A stretch of 64,000 nucleotides of DNA from assembly GCA_963766715.1 (NCBI GenBank), contig CAVYBH010000012.1:384001-448000 (forward strand), given 5' to 3'. The position numbers and the translations under genes are program-made. This document shows, piece by piece, positions 21,246 through 32,581 of this stretch (positions within the stretch are counted from its first letter, which is position 1; every line of letters begins with the position of its first letter). The notes under the pieces were generated by a model, which saw only the letters and a program-made list of their open reading frames with translations, did not search any database and was not told the DNA's origin. The DNA is from an uncultured delta proteobacterium (GTDB lineage: Bacteria; Myxococcota; Myxococcia; Myxococcales; Anaeromyxobacteraceae).

Positions 21246-22238
21246 ATGACCGGCCAGAGGTGGATGGACTTCGCCGGCCAGGCGATCTTCCACACGCTGG
21301 TCGCGGCGCTGGTGATCGAGGCGCTGGTGCGCCTGTGGGGCGTCCGGGAGCCGCTGCAGCGGACCGGCTTCCGCCTGCTCGCGCTGGCCTGGCCGCTGAT
21401 CGTGGTCCCGGCGCTCTTCCTCCTCTTCCCCGGCCGGGAGGGCGAGGCCTTCCGGGACGCCCGGTCCCTCTTCGCGGGGCACCACTGGAACGACCTGTCG
21501 TTCCTGGGCATCGGCCTCTACGCCTGGTGGATCGCGGGGATGGCGGCGATGGGGCTCGCCCTCTTCCTCCTCGACCTCGTCCCCTGGCTCCGGGCGCGCA
21601 GCGCGGAGCCGCCTCCCTGGCTGGCGCGGAGCGCGGAGGGCGAGCGGGCCCTCGAGGCGCTCGCGCGCGCCGCCGCCTCCCTGGGCATGGAGGCGCCGCC
21701 GCTCGTCTTCGTTCCCGATGGGCCGCCGGTGCTCTACTGCACCGGGACGCGCCGCCCGTCGGTGGTCATCTCCCGCGGGGCGGTCGACCTGCTCGACCCC
21801 GCCGAGCTGACCTGCGCGCTGGCCCACGAGCTGGCCCACCTGGAGCGCCGGGACCCGGCGCTCTCCTGGGCGCTCATGGGGGCTCGCGCGCTCATGTGGT
21901 TCAACCCCGGCGTGCAGGTCCTCGTCCGGGCGCTGGCCCGCGACGCCGAGCGGGTGGCCGACGAGCGCGCCGCCGCTGCGAGCGGGGACCGGCTGGCGCT
22001 GGCGAGCGGCCTGCTCCAGCTCTACCGGGCCACGGAGGGGCGCATCCCGTCCCGCGCGGCCGAGCCCTTTCCGCTCTCGGCCTCGCTCGCCGAGCCCATC
22101 GCCCGGGCCCGGGCCCACGACATCGAGCAGCGCTGCAGGGCCCTCCTCATCCCCCCGCCCGAGCCGGTGCGCCTGGCGGGCCTGCGGTTCGCCGCCGCGG
22201 CGGGCGGCCTCGGCCTGCTGCTGTTCTTCGTGGTATGA
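21246..22238 (+). CDS. M56 (BlaR1-like)/M48 membrane Zn metallopeptidase
   Basis: Several TMs, LAHELAHL, WFNP, ERVAD. Confidence 0.8.
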   Translation: MTGQRWMDFAGQAIFHTLVAALVIEALVRLWGVREPLQRTGFRLLALAWPLIVVPALFLLFPGREGEAFRDARSLFAGHHWNDLSFLGIGLYAWWIAGMAAMGLALFLLDLVPWLRARSAEPPPWLARSAEGERALEALARAAASLGMEAPPLVFVPDGPPVLYCTGTRRPSVVISRGAVDLLDPAELTCALAHELAHLERRDPALSWALMGARALMWFNPGVQVLVRALARDAERVADERAAAASGDRLALASGLLQLYRATEGRIPSRAAEPFPLSASLAEPIARARAHDIEQRCRALLIPPPEPVRLAGLRFAAAAGGLGLLLFFVV

Positions 22239-22807
22239 CGGCCGCCGGGGCCGCGGCCATGGGAAGCACGGTGAGCGAGGGCGCACGCGCGCTCTGGACC
22301 TTGACCCTCGTCCTGGGGGGAGCAGCGCTCGCCCTCGCGACGCTCGACTCCGTGCCGACCTGGCTCCACGGCGAGCCGCGCGGCGTCCGGCGCGCCGCGA
22401 GCGTCGAGGACGCCGAGCGCCGCCTGCAGGCCAAGGTGCTCCTGCCCTCGTATTTCCCCGACACCTTCCGCTGGCCGCCGTCGGTGGTGCGCTTCACCCG
22501 CGACGAGGGCGGGGCGGTGGGGCTCTCCTTCCTCGGCACGGACGGCGCTCCCGCGCTCTTCCTGGCGCAGACCGCAGGCCCGGGAGGCACGCTCCCGCCG
22601 GCGCTGCTCGGCCGGCTCGCGGTGATCCAGCAGCAGAGCGCCCCGCTCGGCGACGGCGCCCAGCTGGCCCGCGTGGTCGCGGAGGACGGGACGCTCTGGA
22701 ACCAGCTGGAGTGGAACGCCGCGGGCCGTCGCTTCCTCCTGCGCGGGCGGGGTTCGCTCGAGGACCTGATCCGCATGGCGCGCAGCGTTCACGGAGGGGC
22801 GAGATGA
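22235..22807 (+). CDS. Hypothetical membrane-anchored protein
   Basis: ATGA overlaps at both ends; N-terminal TM then LLPSYFP..WP domain. Confidence 0.65.
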   Translation: MTAAGAAAMGSTVSEGARALWTLTLVLGGAALALATLDSVPTWLHGEPRGVRRAASVEDAERRLQAKVLLPSYFPDTFRWPPSVVRFTRDEGGAVGLSFLGTDGAPALFLAQTAGPGGTLPPALLGRLAVIQQQSAPLGDGAQLARVVAEDGTLWNQLEWNAAGRRFLLRGRGSLEDLIRMARSVHGGAR

Positions 22808-24657
22808 ACGAGGGTTCACTCCGGGAGCGCCTGCGCGGATCGCTGCAGACGCGGGTCTACCTGCTGCTCGTCTTCTCCGCGGTCCTCCCGGTGGCCCTGC
22901 TCTCGTGGGCCTTCAGCGCGCGGGTCGCGCAGCTCGACCAGCAGCTCGTCGCCGCGCGGCAGTGGTCGGCGCGAACCGTGGCCGGACAGGTCGAGGAGGA
23001 GCTGAACCAGGGATTCGAGGTCCTGCAGCGGGCGGCCACGGCCGCCCACGTGAACCTCGACGACCCGGAGGTCGGGCCGGAGCGGGAGGCGCTTCGCGAT
23101 CCGCGGGTCCACCTCCAGTACCCGGGAGGCGCCTTCTTCCTCGACACGCGAGGGAAGGTGGTGGCCGAGGAGCCGGAGCGCGGGTCGCGATCCATCGCGC
23201 CCGCGCCCGACCTGCCCGAGGTGCGCAGCGCGATCGAGACCGGTCGCCCGGTGGTGACCCCCTTCGTCCGGGGCCTCTCCGGCGAGCACGTCTACGCGCT
23301 CGTGCCGGTCCGCAACTGGGAGGGGAAGATCACCGGCATCGTCGGCGGGGTGATCGACACGAGCCAGCACCACCTGCTCGTGATGCTCCGCTACCTTCGC
23401 CAGAGCTCCGGGGGCTCCGCGGAGATCGTCGACCGCGGCGCGCGGGTGGTGGCCACGACCGATCCCGGGCGCCCGGCCACCTCGACCGCCTGCACCGGCA
23501 TCCGGAAGCGAGATCGCCGAGGGGAAGGGGCGGCTCGCGGATGTGCCGCGACTGCCACGCCGGACGGGCGGAGGACGCCAAGGGCCGCTCGGTGGTCACC
23601 ACGGCCTCGATCGCCAATGCGCCCTGGATGATCCTGGCCCGCGTGCCGGCGACCGAGGTCCTGGGGGCGTCGGGGGCCTTCCCCACCTGGCTGGCCGGGA
23701 TCATCCTGGCCGCCCTGGGCGCCGGCGCGCTGCTCGCCTGGGGAGCCGCCCGCAGCATCGCCAAGCCGGTGGTGGCCCTGACCGGGGCGGCCGAGAACAT
23801 CGCGGCCGGCGACCTCTCCGGCGCCCATCCCGCAGACCGGGGAGGACGAGGTGGGGCGCCTGGCCATGGCGCTCGAGAAGATGCGGGAGTCGCTCGCCTC
23901 CCTCATCGGGGCCGTGGCCCACGGCCAACGCGGAGCTGGAGCAGCGGGTGGTCGAGCGGACGGCGCAGCTGGCCGACGCGAACGAGCAGCTCCGGGACCG
24001 GGAGGCCGCGCTCGGCCGGCTCTACGAGAAGGTGGTGTCGGCGCAGGAGGACGAGCGCAAGCGCATCGCGCGGGAGCTGCACGACGACACCAGCCAGAGC
24101 CTGGCGGTGCTGGTGATGGCGCTCGACGGCGCCCTGACCGCCCTCAAGGCCGGGCTTCCCCCCGCCTGGAGGAGGCGAAGGCGCTCGCGGTCCGGACCAT
24201 CGAGGAGGTCCACCGCATGATCCTCGACCTCCGCCCGTCGGTGCTCGACGACCTGGGCCTCCAGTCGGCCGTCCGCTGGTACGCCGAGCGGCACCTGGTG
24301 TCCCGGGGGCTCTCGGTGCGGTGCGAGTTCGAGTCCGAGGACCGGCGCTTCCCGGCCGCCTTCGAGACCGCGCTCTTCCGCATCTGCCAGGAGGCCATGA
24401 GCAACATCGCCCGGCACGCCCAGGCCGAGTCCGTGCTCATCCAGATGGGCGAGTCGGATGGTGTGATCCGCATCGAGATCGAGGATGATGGCCGCGGCTT
24501 CGACCCCGGGAACGTCTCGCACGCCGAGCGGCGCCATTTCGGGCTCATGGGGATCGAGGAACGGGTGGAGATCCTGGGCGGCAAGGTCCGCATCATCTCC
24601 GCACCGGGGCAGGGGACCCGGATCGAGCTCGAAGTCCCGCTCCCCAAGGAAGGGTAG
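22804..24657 (+). CDS. Cache/HAMP sensor histidine kinase, HisKA_3 type, with CRDCH (several indels)
   Basis: TM-Cache-TM-HAMP; ERKRIARELHD, LRPSVLDDLGL, DDGRGF, FGLMGIEER. Confidence 0.85.
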
Positions 24658-24660
24658 GCG

Positions 24661-25314
24661 ATGTCGAAGATCCGCGTGCTCCTGGCCGACGACCACGCCA
24701 TCCTCCGGGAAGGGGTCCGGGCGCTGCTCGCCCTCTCCGACGACATCGAGGTCGTGGGCGAGGCGGTGGACGGCCAGCGCGCCGTCGAGGCCACCCGGCA
24801 GCTCGATCCGGACGTGGTCGTCATGGACATCGCCATGCCGGGGCTCGGCGGGCTCGAGGCCACGCTCGAGATCAAGAAGGCGGGGCTGCGCTCCAAGATC
24901 CTCATCCTCTCCCAGTACGAGGACCGGGAGTACGTGCGGCGCCTGCTCAAGGCGGGCGTGTCCGGCTACCTCCTGAAGAAGTCGGCGGGCGCCGAGCTCG
25001 CGAACGCCATCCGGGCCGTCCACCGCGGCGGCCTGGTCCTCGACCCCGAGGTGGCCCGGACCGCGATGGAGGACTCCGGGCCGGCGTCGCCCGGCGGCGC
25101 GGATCCCTACGAGACGCTCACCGACCGGGAGAAGCAGGTGCTGAAGCTGGTCGCGGAAGGGCTCGCCAACAAGGAAGTGGCCGAGGTGCTGGGCATCAGC
25201 GTCAAGACCGCCATGTCCCATCGCGAGAAGGTGATGGAGAAGCTCGGCCTGCACAACCGGACCGAGCTCGTGCGCTTTGCGCTGCGGCGCGGCGTGATTC
25301 GCGTCGATCCTTGA
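24661..25314 (+). CDS. NarL/LuxR-family response regulator
   Basis: ADDH, MDIAMP receiver; [11 protein letters not shown]. Confidence 0.95.
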   Translation: MSKIRVLLADDHAILREGVRALLALSDDIEVVGEAVDGQRAVEATRQLDPDVVVMDIAMPGLGGLEATLEIKKAGLRSKILILSQYEDREYVRRLLKAGVSGYLLKKSAGAELANAIRAVHRGGLVLDPEVARTAMEDSGPASPGGADPYETLTDREKQVLKLVAEGLANKEVAEVLGISVKTAMSHREKVMEKLGLHNRTELVRFALRRGVIRVDP

Positions 25315-25447
25315 CGTTGGGCCATATCCCCCGTTTCCCGATGGACTGCGCGGGATCCCCCACCCACCCGGTGGAGGGAGGCGCCGCGATCGTCGAAACA
25401 CGGCCCATTTCGTCGGGTCCGCGCGCTCCCGGCGCCCGGACCGATTC

Positions 25448-27020
25448 TTGCTGCTGGAGCGGCTCGCCGTGATCCATGGGGATCGGGATCGTTCACGGCC
25501 CGAGGGCGGGGAGAGATTGCGGGTTCTGTTCACGAGTGCGCCGGAACCGAGCTGTGCGGCCGAGTCCGCGGGGGCCTGGCTCCCGCTCGCGCTCGTCCAC
25601 CTGGCCGGTGCGGTCCGGGCCGCCGGGCACGAGGCCGAGCTCGTCGACGCGCTCTCCCTGGGGCTGACCGCTGCCGACCTGGGCCGCATCATCCAGGCCA
25701 GCGCGCCCGACGTGGTCTGCGTCTCGTCGGCGACCGCCGGCTTCCCGGCCGCCCTGGATACCTGCCGGCGCGCCCGCGGGCTCGGCTGCACCACCGTGGT
25801 CGGCGGCATTCACGCCTCGTTCATGTATTCCGAGTTCCTGCCCACCGGTTCCGTGGACTTCGCCGTCGTCGGGGAGGGGGAGGAGACGCTTCCGGAGCTC
25901 CTGGCCTGCCTCGAGGCAGGCGACGACCCGGCGCGGGTGGCCGGGATCGCCTTCTCCCTGGGCGGGCGGGTCGTCCGGACCGCGCCGCGCCCCCGGATGT
26001 CGGTGCTCGACCCGATGCCCAAGGCCTGGGACCTCCTCGACTGGTCCCAGTACACGTGGGCGGGCCGGCCTGGCTCCCGCATGGGCGCCATCACCACGTC
26101 CCGCGGATGCCCGCGGAGCTGTGCGAGCTGCTCCCAGGCGACGCAGTTCGAGGGAACCTGGCGCTCCCGGACCCCGGGGTGCGTGGCCTACGAGCTGGCC
26201 GGCCTTCGCCGCGACCACGGCGTGGACGTGGTCGGCTTCTTCGACCACGCCCCCACCGCCGACGCCGGCCGGTTCGCCGAGCTGATCACCCGGGTGACCG
26301 AGGCGGAGCTCGGGCTCGACCTGGTGCTCTGGTCGAGCGTCCAGGACGTCCTCCGGGACGAGGCCGCGCTCGCTCGCTGGCGCGCGGCCGGGGTGGTCCA
26401 CGTCGGGACTCTGCCGCGATCCGTCCGAGGATCGGCTCGACGGACTGGAGGCGGACCGGTCGCTCGTCGCCGGAAGGCGCGCGGTGAAGGCGCTGCGGGA
26501 CCACGGCATCACCTCCGAGACGTCCTACTGGATGGGGTTTCCCGACGAGACGTCCCGCCGGGTCGAGGAGTTGCTGGAGCGGGCCCGGGCCTGGGACCCG
26601 GACGTCGCCCACTTCTCCCTGCTCGCGCCGCTTCCGTACACGCCGGCCTGGCGGGTTCACGGCACGCACGTGGCGACCCGGGACTACCGGCGCTTCAACC
26701 ACCGCGACCCGGTGGTGAAGCCGCGGGAGATGTCGCTCGACGAGGTCGGCCTCGAGGCGGCGCGCTGCTACCGCCGGTTCTACGCGGAGCGCGCCCGCCG
26801 GGAGTCGGTGCGCGACGGGCGGCAATCCGGCCCGTGGCACGTGCACCTCGGAGCCCCGGCGCTCCGGGCCCGGATCCTGGCAGGTGCGACGGACGAGGAG
26901 TTGCGCGCGCTCGCCCCCGTGGCTGCGATTCCCCCGGGCCTGAGGGCCGGCCGCATCCCTTTCGCGGGGGGGCCCGGCCGGGGCGCTTCGGGCGCAACCG
27001 CTGCGCGAGGCACGGAATAG
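25448..27020 (+). CDS. B12-binding-domain radical SAM protein, BchE-like (indel near 26410; start uncertain)
   Basis: [44 protein letters not shown]. Confidence 0.75.
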
Positions 27021-27048
27021 AAACTGTAGTAAATACAGTATGTTGTGT

Positions 27049-27063
27049 AGGCACGCGCATTGC
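27049..27063 (+). promoter_or_regulatory. Sigma54 promoter of hemA
   Basis: AGGCACGCGCATTGC = GG-N10-GC, 25 nt upstream of the hemA ATG. Confidence 0.7.
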
Positions 27064-27088
27064 TAAGGTCACGGAGCCGGAGGGGTCG

Positions 27089-28363
27089 ATGCTCGTCGCC
27101 ATCGGGGTGGACAGGAAAAGGGCTTCGGTTGCTTCGCGGGAGAGGCTCGCCGCCGGCGGCGACGACCTCGCCGACGTCATCCGGTCGTACGGCGCGCTCG
27201 ACGGCGTCGACGAGGCGTTCGTGCTCTCCACCTGCTACCGGGTCGAGGTCTACGCCGCGTCGTCCTGCCCTGCCGCCGCCGCCGCCAGCCTCACCGAGGC
27301 GCTCCGGGCCCGCGCCGGCGACGCCGAGCTTCCCGTCTTCGACCTCCGGGGCGAGGAGGCGTTCCGCCACCTCTCGCGCGTGGCCTCCAGCCTCGAGTCC
27401 GGGGTGGTCGGGGAGCCGCAGGTCCTCGGCCAGGTGAAGGAGGCCTTCGGCCGTTCCGCCGAGGCCGGCACCGTCGGCAAGGAGCTCTCGGCCGTCATCG
27501 CGCGCGTCCTCCAGGTCGCGAAGCGGGTCCGGACCGAGACCGCCATCGGCCGGGCCGGCGTCTCGTGGGGACACGCCTCGGCCGATCTCGCCGAGAAGGT
27601 CCTCGGTCCGCTCGAGGGGCGTCGCGCCGTGGTGGTGGGCGCCGGCGAGATGGCGCGCCTCTCGGCCCAGCACCTGCGCGAGGGCGGGATGGAGGTGGCG
27701 GTCGTCAACCGCACCTTCGCCAACGCCGAGGCGCTCGCCCGGGAGATCGGCGGCACCGCGCACCCCATCGAGGCGCTCGCCGAGGAGCTGGTCCGCGCCG
27801 ACGTGGCCGTGGTCGCCGCCCCGGTCGCGCTCGCGGCGCTCGAGCCCTCCGGGGCGCCGGCGCTCATGAAGCGGCGCCGGCACCGGCGCCTGCTCCTCAT
27901 CGACCTCGCCGTCCCTCGCGCCGTTCCTCCCGCGCTCGGCGACGTCGACGGCATCTACGTCTGCGACGTGGACGACCTGGCGCGCATCCAGCGCCAGGCG
28001 CAGGAGGCCCGGGTCGGCGCCATCCAGGACGCCGAGCGGGTCATCGACGAGGAGGTCACCCGCTTCGCCCGCGACCTCGCCGAGCGGCGCGCCGCGCCCC
28101 TCATCGCCGCGGTCCGGACCCGGGCCAGCGCGATCGCCCGGGAGGAGGTCGAGCGCACCGTCCGCCGCCTGGGAGGCGATCCGGAGCTCGAGCGGCGGCT
28201 CGACGCCCTCGCGGGCGCGATCGTCGCGAAGCTCCTTCACCAGCCCAGCGTCTGCCTTCGCCGGGCGGGGCACGACGCCGAGGGGGGCGACGAGCTGATG
28301 GCCGCCGCGGCCCGGATCTTCGACGTCGGCGCCGACGCCGGGCCGGCCTCGCTGGCGGGCTGA
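27089..28363 (+). CDS. hemA: Glutamyl-tRNA reductase
   Basis: STCYRVE (catalytic Cys), [25 protein letters not shown]. Confidence 0.92.
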   Translation: MLVAIGVDRKRASVASRERLAAGGDDLADVIRSYGALDGVDEAFVLSTCYRVEVYAASSCPAAAAASLTEALRARAGDAELPVFDLRGEEAFRHLSRVASSLESGVVGEPQVLGQVKEAFGRSAEAGTVGKELSAVIARVLQVAKRVRTETAIGRAGVSWGHASADLAEKVLGPLEGRRAVVVGAGEMARLSAQHLREGGMEVAVVNRTFANAEALAREIGGTAHPIEALAEELVRADVAVVAAPVALAALEPSGAPALMKRRRHRRLLLIDLAVPRAVPPALGDVDGIYVCDVDDLARIQRQAQEARVGAIQDAERVIDEEVTRFARDLAERRAAPLIAAVRTRASAIAREEVERTVRRLGGDPELERRLDALAGAIVAKLLHQPSVCLRRAGHDAEGGDELMAAAARIFDVGADAGPASLAG

Positions 28364-28438
28364 GGCCCGGGCAGGGACGCCGCGCGCGGCAAACCTTGCG
28401 TTCCGGCCAGCAAGGGCGCAGAACGAGCGAGAAACGAC

Positions 28439-28462
28439 CCCTCCGAGAGGCCTCTCGGAGGG
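28439..28462. repeat. Perfect 24-bp palindrome
   Basis: CCCTCCGAGAGG|CCTCTCGGAGGG. Confidence 0.85.
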
Positions 28463-28527
28463 TCTCCTTGACCCGGCCGTCCGAAAAGTCACCCTTTTAC
28501 CGGTGACTTGGCGCCAGGTGGGTGATA

Positions 28528-28542
28528 TGGCGCGCTCCTTGC
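28528..28542 (+). promoter_or_regulatory. Sigma54 promoter
   Basis: TGGCGCGCTCCTTGC = GG-N10-GC upstream of the kinase ATG at 28577. Confidence 0.75.
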
Positions 28543-28576
28543 GAAACGACCCACCCGGCAGGACCGGGACCGGCCC

Positions 28577-30082
28577 ATGAACCAGATCGCCAATCTATGG
28601 AGCAAGCTGGCCCGGAGCGTTCGCGCCCGGATCATCCTGCCCACGGCGGTGCTCTTCGCGGCCGTCCTCGGGACCATGGTCTACGTGGCCGTCAGCGCCT
28701 ACGGGAGCGACATCGAGAAGGTGCAGCGGGAGCGGGCCGAGATCTTCGCCGCCAACGTGGCCTCCGGTGTCACCCAGACGATGATGGAGGGGCAGCCGAA
28801 CCAGGTGCCGGACCTCCTCGAGCTGGCCCGCAGCCACCGCGCCGACCTGGAATCCATCAGCCTGCTCCGGCCGGACGGGCAGGTGGCCTACTCGACGGAT
28901 CGGCGCCTCATCGGCAACCAGCTCTGGAACGGGATGTCGAGCTTCAGCCAGGCCCGCGTCGTGTCCGCGCCGGGCGGCGTGGAGTCGCAGTACGCGGTGG
29001 TCCGGCCGATCGCGAACGTGGAGAAGTGCGCCTCCTGCCACGGGCGGGAGTCGCGCATCAACGGCTGGGTCGACCTGCGCTTCACGCGCGCCCCTGCCAT
29101 GGCGGCCCAGGGAGAGCTGGCGCGCACGCTCGGAATCAGCACGGGGGTGGCCCTGCTCATCCTGCTCGCCATCGCCTGGTGGCTCATCGGCCGCGAGGCC
29201 GTGACACCGCTCAAGCGACTGGTGGCGGCCATGAGCCGCGCCGAGGCCGGGGATCTCTCGGTCCGGGCCGACGAGGGGCGCCCCGACGAGCTGGGCGTGG
29301 CGGCTCGCGGCTTCGACGCCACGCTGGCCGCCTTGCGCCGGAGCCAGGCCGAGCTCGAGGCCTTCTACCGGGAGCGCATGGTGCGGGCCGACCGCTTCGC
29401 CACCGTGGGCGAGATGGCCACAGGCCTGGCGCACGAGATCAAGAACCCCCTGGCCGGCCTCTCGGGCGCGCTCGAGCTCCTCGCCGAGGACCTGAGCGGG
29501 AACCCGCGCCAGGCGGACGTGGTCGGAGAGATGCGCCACCAGGTCGCGCGGCTCACGAACACGATGGAGAGCCTGCTCTCCTTCGCCCGGCCGCCCAAGG
29601 CCCGGCTGCGGGACACCGATCTCAACGCGGCCCTGGAGAAGGTCCTCTTCCTGGTGCGGCAGCAGCGGCGGCTCGCCGCCGTCCACGTCGAGTCCGAGCT
29701 CGGGGAGATCCCCCACGTCCTCGCGGATCCCAGCCAGCTCGAGCAGGTCTTCCTCAACATCTGCCTGAACGCCTGCCAGGCCATGGGACCGGCCGGCGGG
29801 CGGCTCACCGTCCGCTCCCGGGCGACCGAGGGGCGGGTCGTCGTGGACGTCGAGGACACCGGGCCGGGCATCCCCGAGAACGTCCGCCCCAACCTCTTCA
29901 AGCCGTTCTTCACGACCAAGCGCGAGGGGAACGGGCTCGGTCTCGCCATCTCCGCGCGCATCGTCGCCGAGCACGGCGGAAACATCGGATACCGGTGCCC
30001 GCCCGGCGGGGGGACGATCTTCACCGTCGCCCTCCAGCCCTCGAGGAGCCCGGCGGAGCGCCCCTCGGAGATGACGGCATGA
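28577..30082 (+). CDS. Sensor histidine kinase with periplasmic CASCH and HAMP
   Basis: TM-periplasmic(CASCH)-TM-HAMP, AHEIKNPL, FTTKREGNGLGL. Confidence 0.92.
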   Translation: MNQIANLWSKLARSVRARIILPTAVLFAAVLGTMVYVAVSAYGSDIEKVQRERAEIFAANVASGVTQTMMEGQPNQVPDLLELARSHRADLESISLLRPDGQVAYSTDRRLIGNQLWNGMSSFSQARVVSAPGGVESQYAVVRPIANVEKCASCHGRESRINGWVDLRFTRAPAMAAQGELARTLGISTGVALLILLAIAWWLIGREAVTPLKRLVAAMSRAEAGDLSVRADEGRPDELGVAARGFDATLAALRRSQAELEAFYRERMVRADRFATVGEMATGLAHEIKNPLAGLSGALELLAEDLSGNPRQADVVGEMRHQVARLTNTMESLLSFARPPKARLRDTDLNAALEKVLFLVRQQRRLAAVHVESELGEIPHVLADPSQLEQVFLNICLNACQAMGPAGGRLTVRSRATEGRVVVDVEDTGPGIPENVRPNLFKPFFTTKREGNGLGLAISARIVAEHGGNIGYRCPPGGGTIFTVALQPSRSPAERPSEMTA

Positions 30083-31471
30083 CGAACAACCCGGCACGCA
30101 TCCTGGTCGTCGACGACGAGAAGCTCGATCCGCTGGTCCGTGGGAGAGCGGCTCCAGCGCGGCGGGTACGAGGTGCTCTCGGCGGAGTCCGGCGAGGAGG
30201 CCCTCGAGGTCCTGGCCGCCCAGTCGCCCGACCTCATGCTGCTCGACGTCCGGCTGCCCGGCATCGACGGCCTCGAGGCGCTGCAGCGGGCGCTCACCCA
30301 GTCGCCGGAGCTGGCGGTGCTCATGATGTCCGCCCACAGCACGGTCGACATCGCCGTCGAGGCCATGAAGCACGGCGCCATCGACTTCCTCGTGAAGCCC
30401 TTTCCGTTCCAGGCCCTCGACGCCGCCGTGGAGCGCGCGCTGGCCGCGGCCCGGACCCGCCGCCAGATCCAGGCGCTCACCCAGGAGCGTCGAGGGGGAG
30501 CCGAGGCCCTCTCCGCGCTGGTGGGGCAATCGTCGGCGGTGGAGCAGGTCCGCGCCATCGCCTCCCGGCTGGCCGGAAACGAGGCCACCACGGTGCTCAT
30601 CGAGGGGGAGAGCGGGGCGGGGAAGGAGGTGGTGGCGCGTGCCATCCACTTCTCCGGCGCCCGCGCCGACCGGCCCTTCCTGCAGGTGAACTGCGCCGCA
30701 CTCCCGGAGCACCTCCTCGAGAGCGAGCTCTTCGGCCACGAGCGCGGAGCCTTCACCGACGCCCACGCCCAGAAGCGCGGCCTCTTCGAGAGCGCCGAGG
30801 GCGGCACCGTGATGCTCGACGAGATCGGCGACCTCCACGCCGGCGGCCAGGCCAAGCTCCTGCGCCTGCTGGAGAACAAGACCTTCCGGCGCGTCGGCGG
30901 CGTGACCGAGCTGCGCGCCGACGTGCGGGTCCTCGCCGCCACCAACGTGAACCTGGAGGAGCGGGTCTCGGAGGGGCGCTTCCGCGCCGACCTCTTCTTC
31001 CGCCTCAACGTGGTCCGCATCCTGATGCCGGCGCTGCGGGAGCATCCGGAGGACATCCCCACGCTCTGCGCCCACTTCATCGCCCGCTTCAACCAGGAGA
31101 TGAAGCGGCACGTGAAGGGCGTGAGCGCCAACGCACTCCAGATGCTGCAGGCCTACCACTGGCCGGGCAACGTCCGCGAGCTCCGCAACGTGGTGGAGCG
31201 GGCCTTCATCCTCCACGCCGGTGCGGAGGAGTTTCGCCCCGAGCACCTGCCGCCCGAGCTCCGGGGTGCGGCCGCAGCGGCCGCCGCGAGGCGCACGGAG
31301 AGGCCGGCCGCTGTGGCTCCGCCCGAAGGGCTGGTCCTCGAGGACGTGGAGAAGAAGCTCATCCAGGAGGCGCTCGACCGGTCGAGCGGCAACCAGTCGC
31401 GGGCGGCGCGCCTGCTCGGCGTCAGCCGGGACACGCTCCGCTACCGCCTGAAGAAGCACGGGATGGCCTGA
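30079..31471 (+). CDS. Sigma54-dependent response regulator (indel near 30125)
   Basis: ILVVDDE, DVRLPG, GESGAGKE, GAFTDA, WPGNVREL, HTH. Confidence 0.92.
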
Positions 31472-31495
31472 CCGAGCTCCCCGGCCCGGCGAAGC

Positions 31496-32362
31496 TCAGC
31501 CGGCCGCGAGCAGTGCCTGGGGCTCCTCGTCCCGCTCGCCGTGCGGGGCGAACCCCTGGAGCGCGGCGCGGAGCTTGCCGCGGGCGCGGATCTCGATCTG
31601 CCGTGCCCGCTCGCGCGAGAAGCCGAAGCGGCTTCCCAGCTCCTGGAGCGAGGTCGGCTCGTCCGCCATCAGCCGCTGCTCGATGATGTGCCGCTCCCGC
31701 TCGTCGAGGAGGGACAGGGCGAGGCTCACGCGGCTCTCCCGGTCGGCTGCCTCGCGGGCCGCTCCGAGCTGCTCGTCGGCCGGCATGGCGGAGGAGGGGA
31801 CGCGGTCGAGCTGGGTGCTGCCGCCGTCGAGGTCGGGTGCGTCGAGCGACACGTCGCGCCCCTCGATGCGCCGGGACACCTCGCGCAGGGCGTCGGGGGC
31901 CACGTGGAGGACGCGCGCGACGTTCTCGTCGACGTCGCCTTCCTCGCCCGAGCGCTCGATCTCCCGGCGCGTCCTGGCCAGGGCGAAGAAGAGCCGCCGC
32001 TGGGTCTGTGTGGTCCCGAGCTTCACGAGGGACCAGGACTGCATGACGTAGCTCTGGATGTACGCGCGAATCCACCAGACCGCGTAGGAGACGAGCCGGA
32101 TGCCCTGGTCGGGGTCGAACTTCTCCACCCCGCGCATGAGTCCCAGGTTCCCCTCCTGGATCAGGTCGGCGACCCGGAGCCCGTAGCCCCGGTAGCCGTT
32201 CGCGATCTTGACGACGAACCTCAGGTTCGCGGTCACGAGCTTCTTGGCGGCCTTCCGGTCGCCGGTGTCGCGGAACGCGCGGGCGAGGGCCAGTTCCTCC
32301 TCCGGGGAGAGGAGAGGGTGGCGGCTGACCTCGGCAAGGTACTGTTCCAGGTGTCGGTGCAT
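31496..32362 (-). CDS. RpoH (sigma32)-family sigma factor
   Basis: [24 protein letters not shown], RpoH-box-like [17 protein letters not shown]. Confidence 0.9.
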   Translation of the reverse strand: MHRHLEQYLAEVSRHPLLSPEEELALARAFRDTGDRKAAKKLVTANLRFVVKIANGYRGYGLRVADLIQEGNLGLMRGVEKFDPDQGIRLVSYAVWWIRAYIQSYVMQSWSLVKLGTTQTQRRLFFALARTRREIERSGEEGDVDENVARVLHVAPDALREVSRRIEGRDVSLDAPDLDGGSTQLDRVPSSAMPADEQLGAAREAADRESRVSLALSLLDERERHIIEQRLMADEPTSLQELGSRFGFSRERARQIEIRARGKLRAALQGFAPHGERDEEPQALLAAG

Positions 32363-32388
32363 GCGGACCCCCTTCGCTCTCTTGCAGA

Positions 32389-32403
32389 GCAACTCGGATG
32401 CCA
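32389..32403 (-). promoter_or_regulatory. Sigma54 promoter of the RpoH-like gene
   Basis: Minus strand TGGCATCCGAGTTGC = GG-N10-GC. Confidence 0.75.
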
Positions 32404-32581
32404 CTCTCGGTGAGGGGAAACGCAACGGGTCGCGGACGGAGCCGCGCCGCCACAGGCGAAGGGAATGGCCTGATCAGGGCAGCTTGGCCGCCTGGGACGG
32501 CGATGACCTCCCCGATGGAGGGGCCGGAAGATAGGGGGATCCCCAAATGGTCGGCGGTGTGGGTTCTGACCCATCCGGGTG

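Noticed and set aside
27024..27038. LexA box
   Set aside because: Spacing is CTGT-N7-ACAG rather than N8, and the context is not SOS
25448..28363. Apparent radical SAM-HemA fusion
   Set aside because: The radical SAM continues in another frame to a stop at 27020; a promoter and RBS precede hemA
30746..30763. GAFTDA instead of GAFTGA
   Set aside because: A frequent variant among enhancer-binding proteins; not evidence of inactivity
28595..31459. Long antisense ORFs here and opposite thrS, ilvB, pheT and the TonB receptor
   Set aside because: Expected shadow ORFs in high-GC coding DNA; no recognisable motifs
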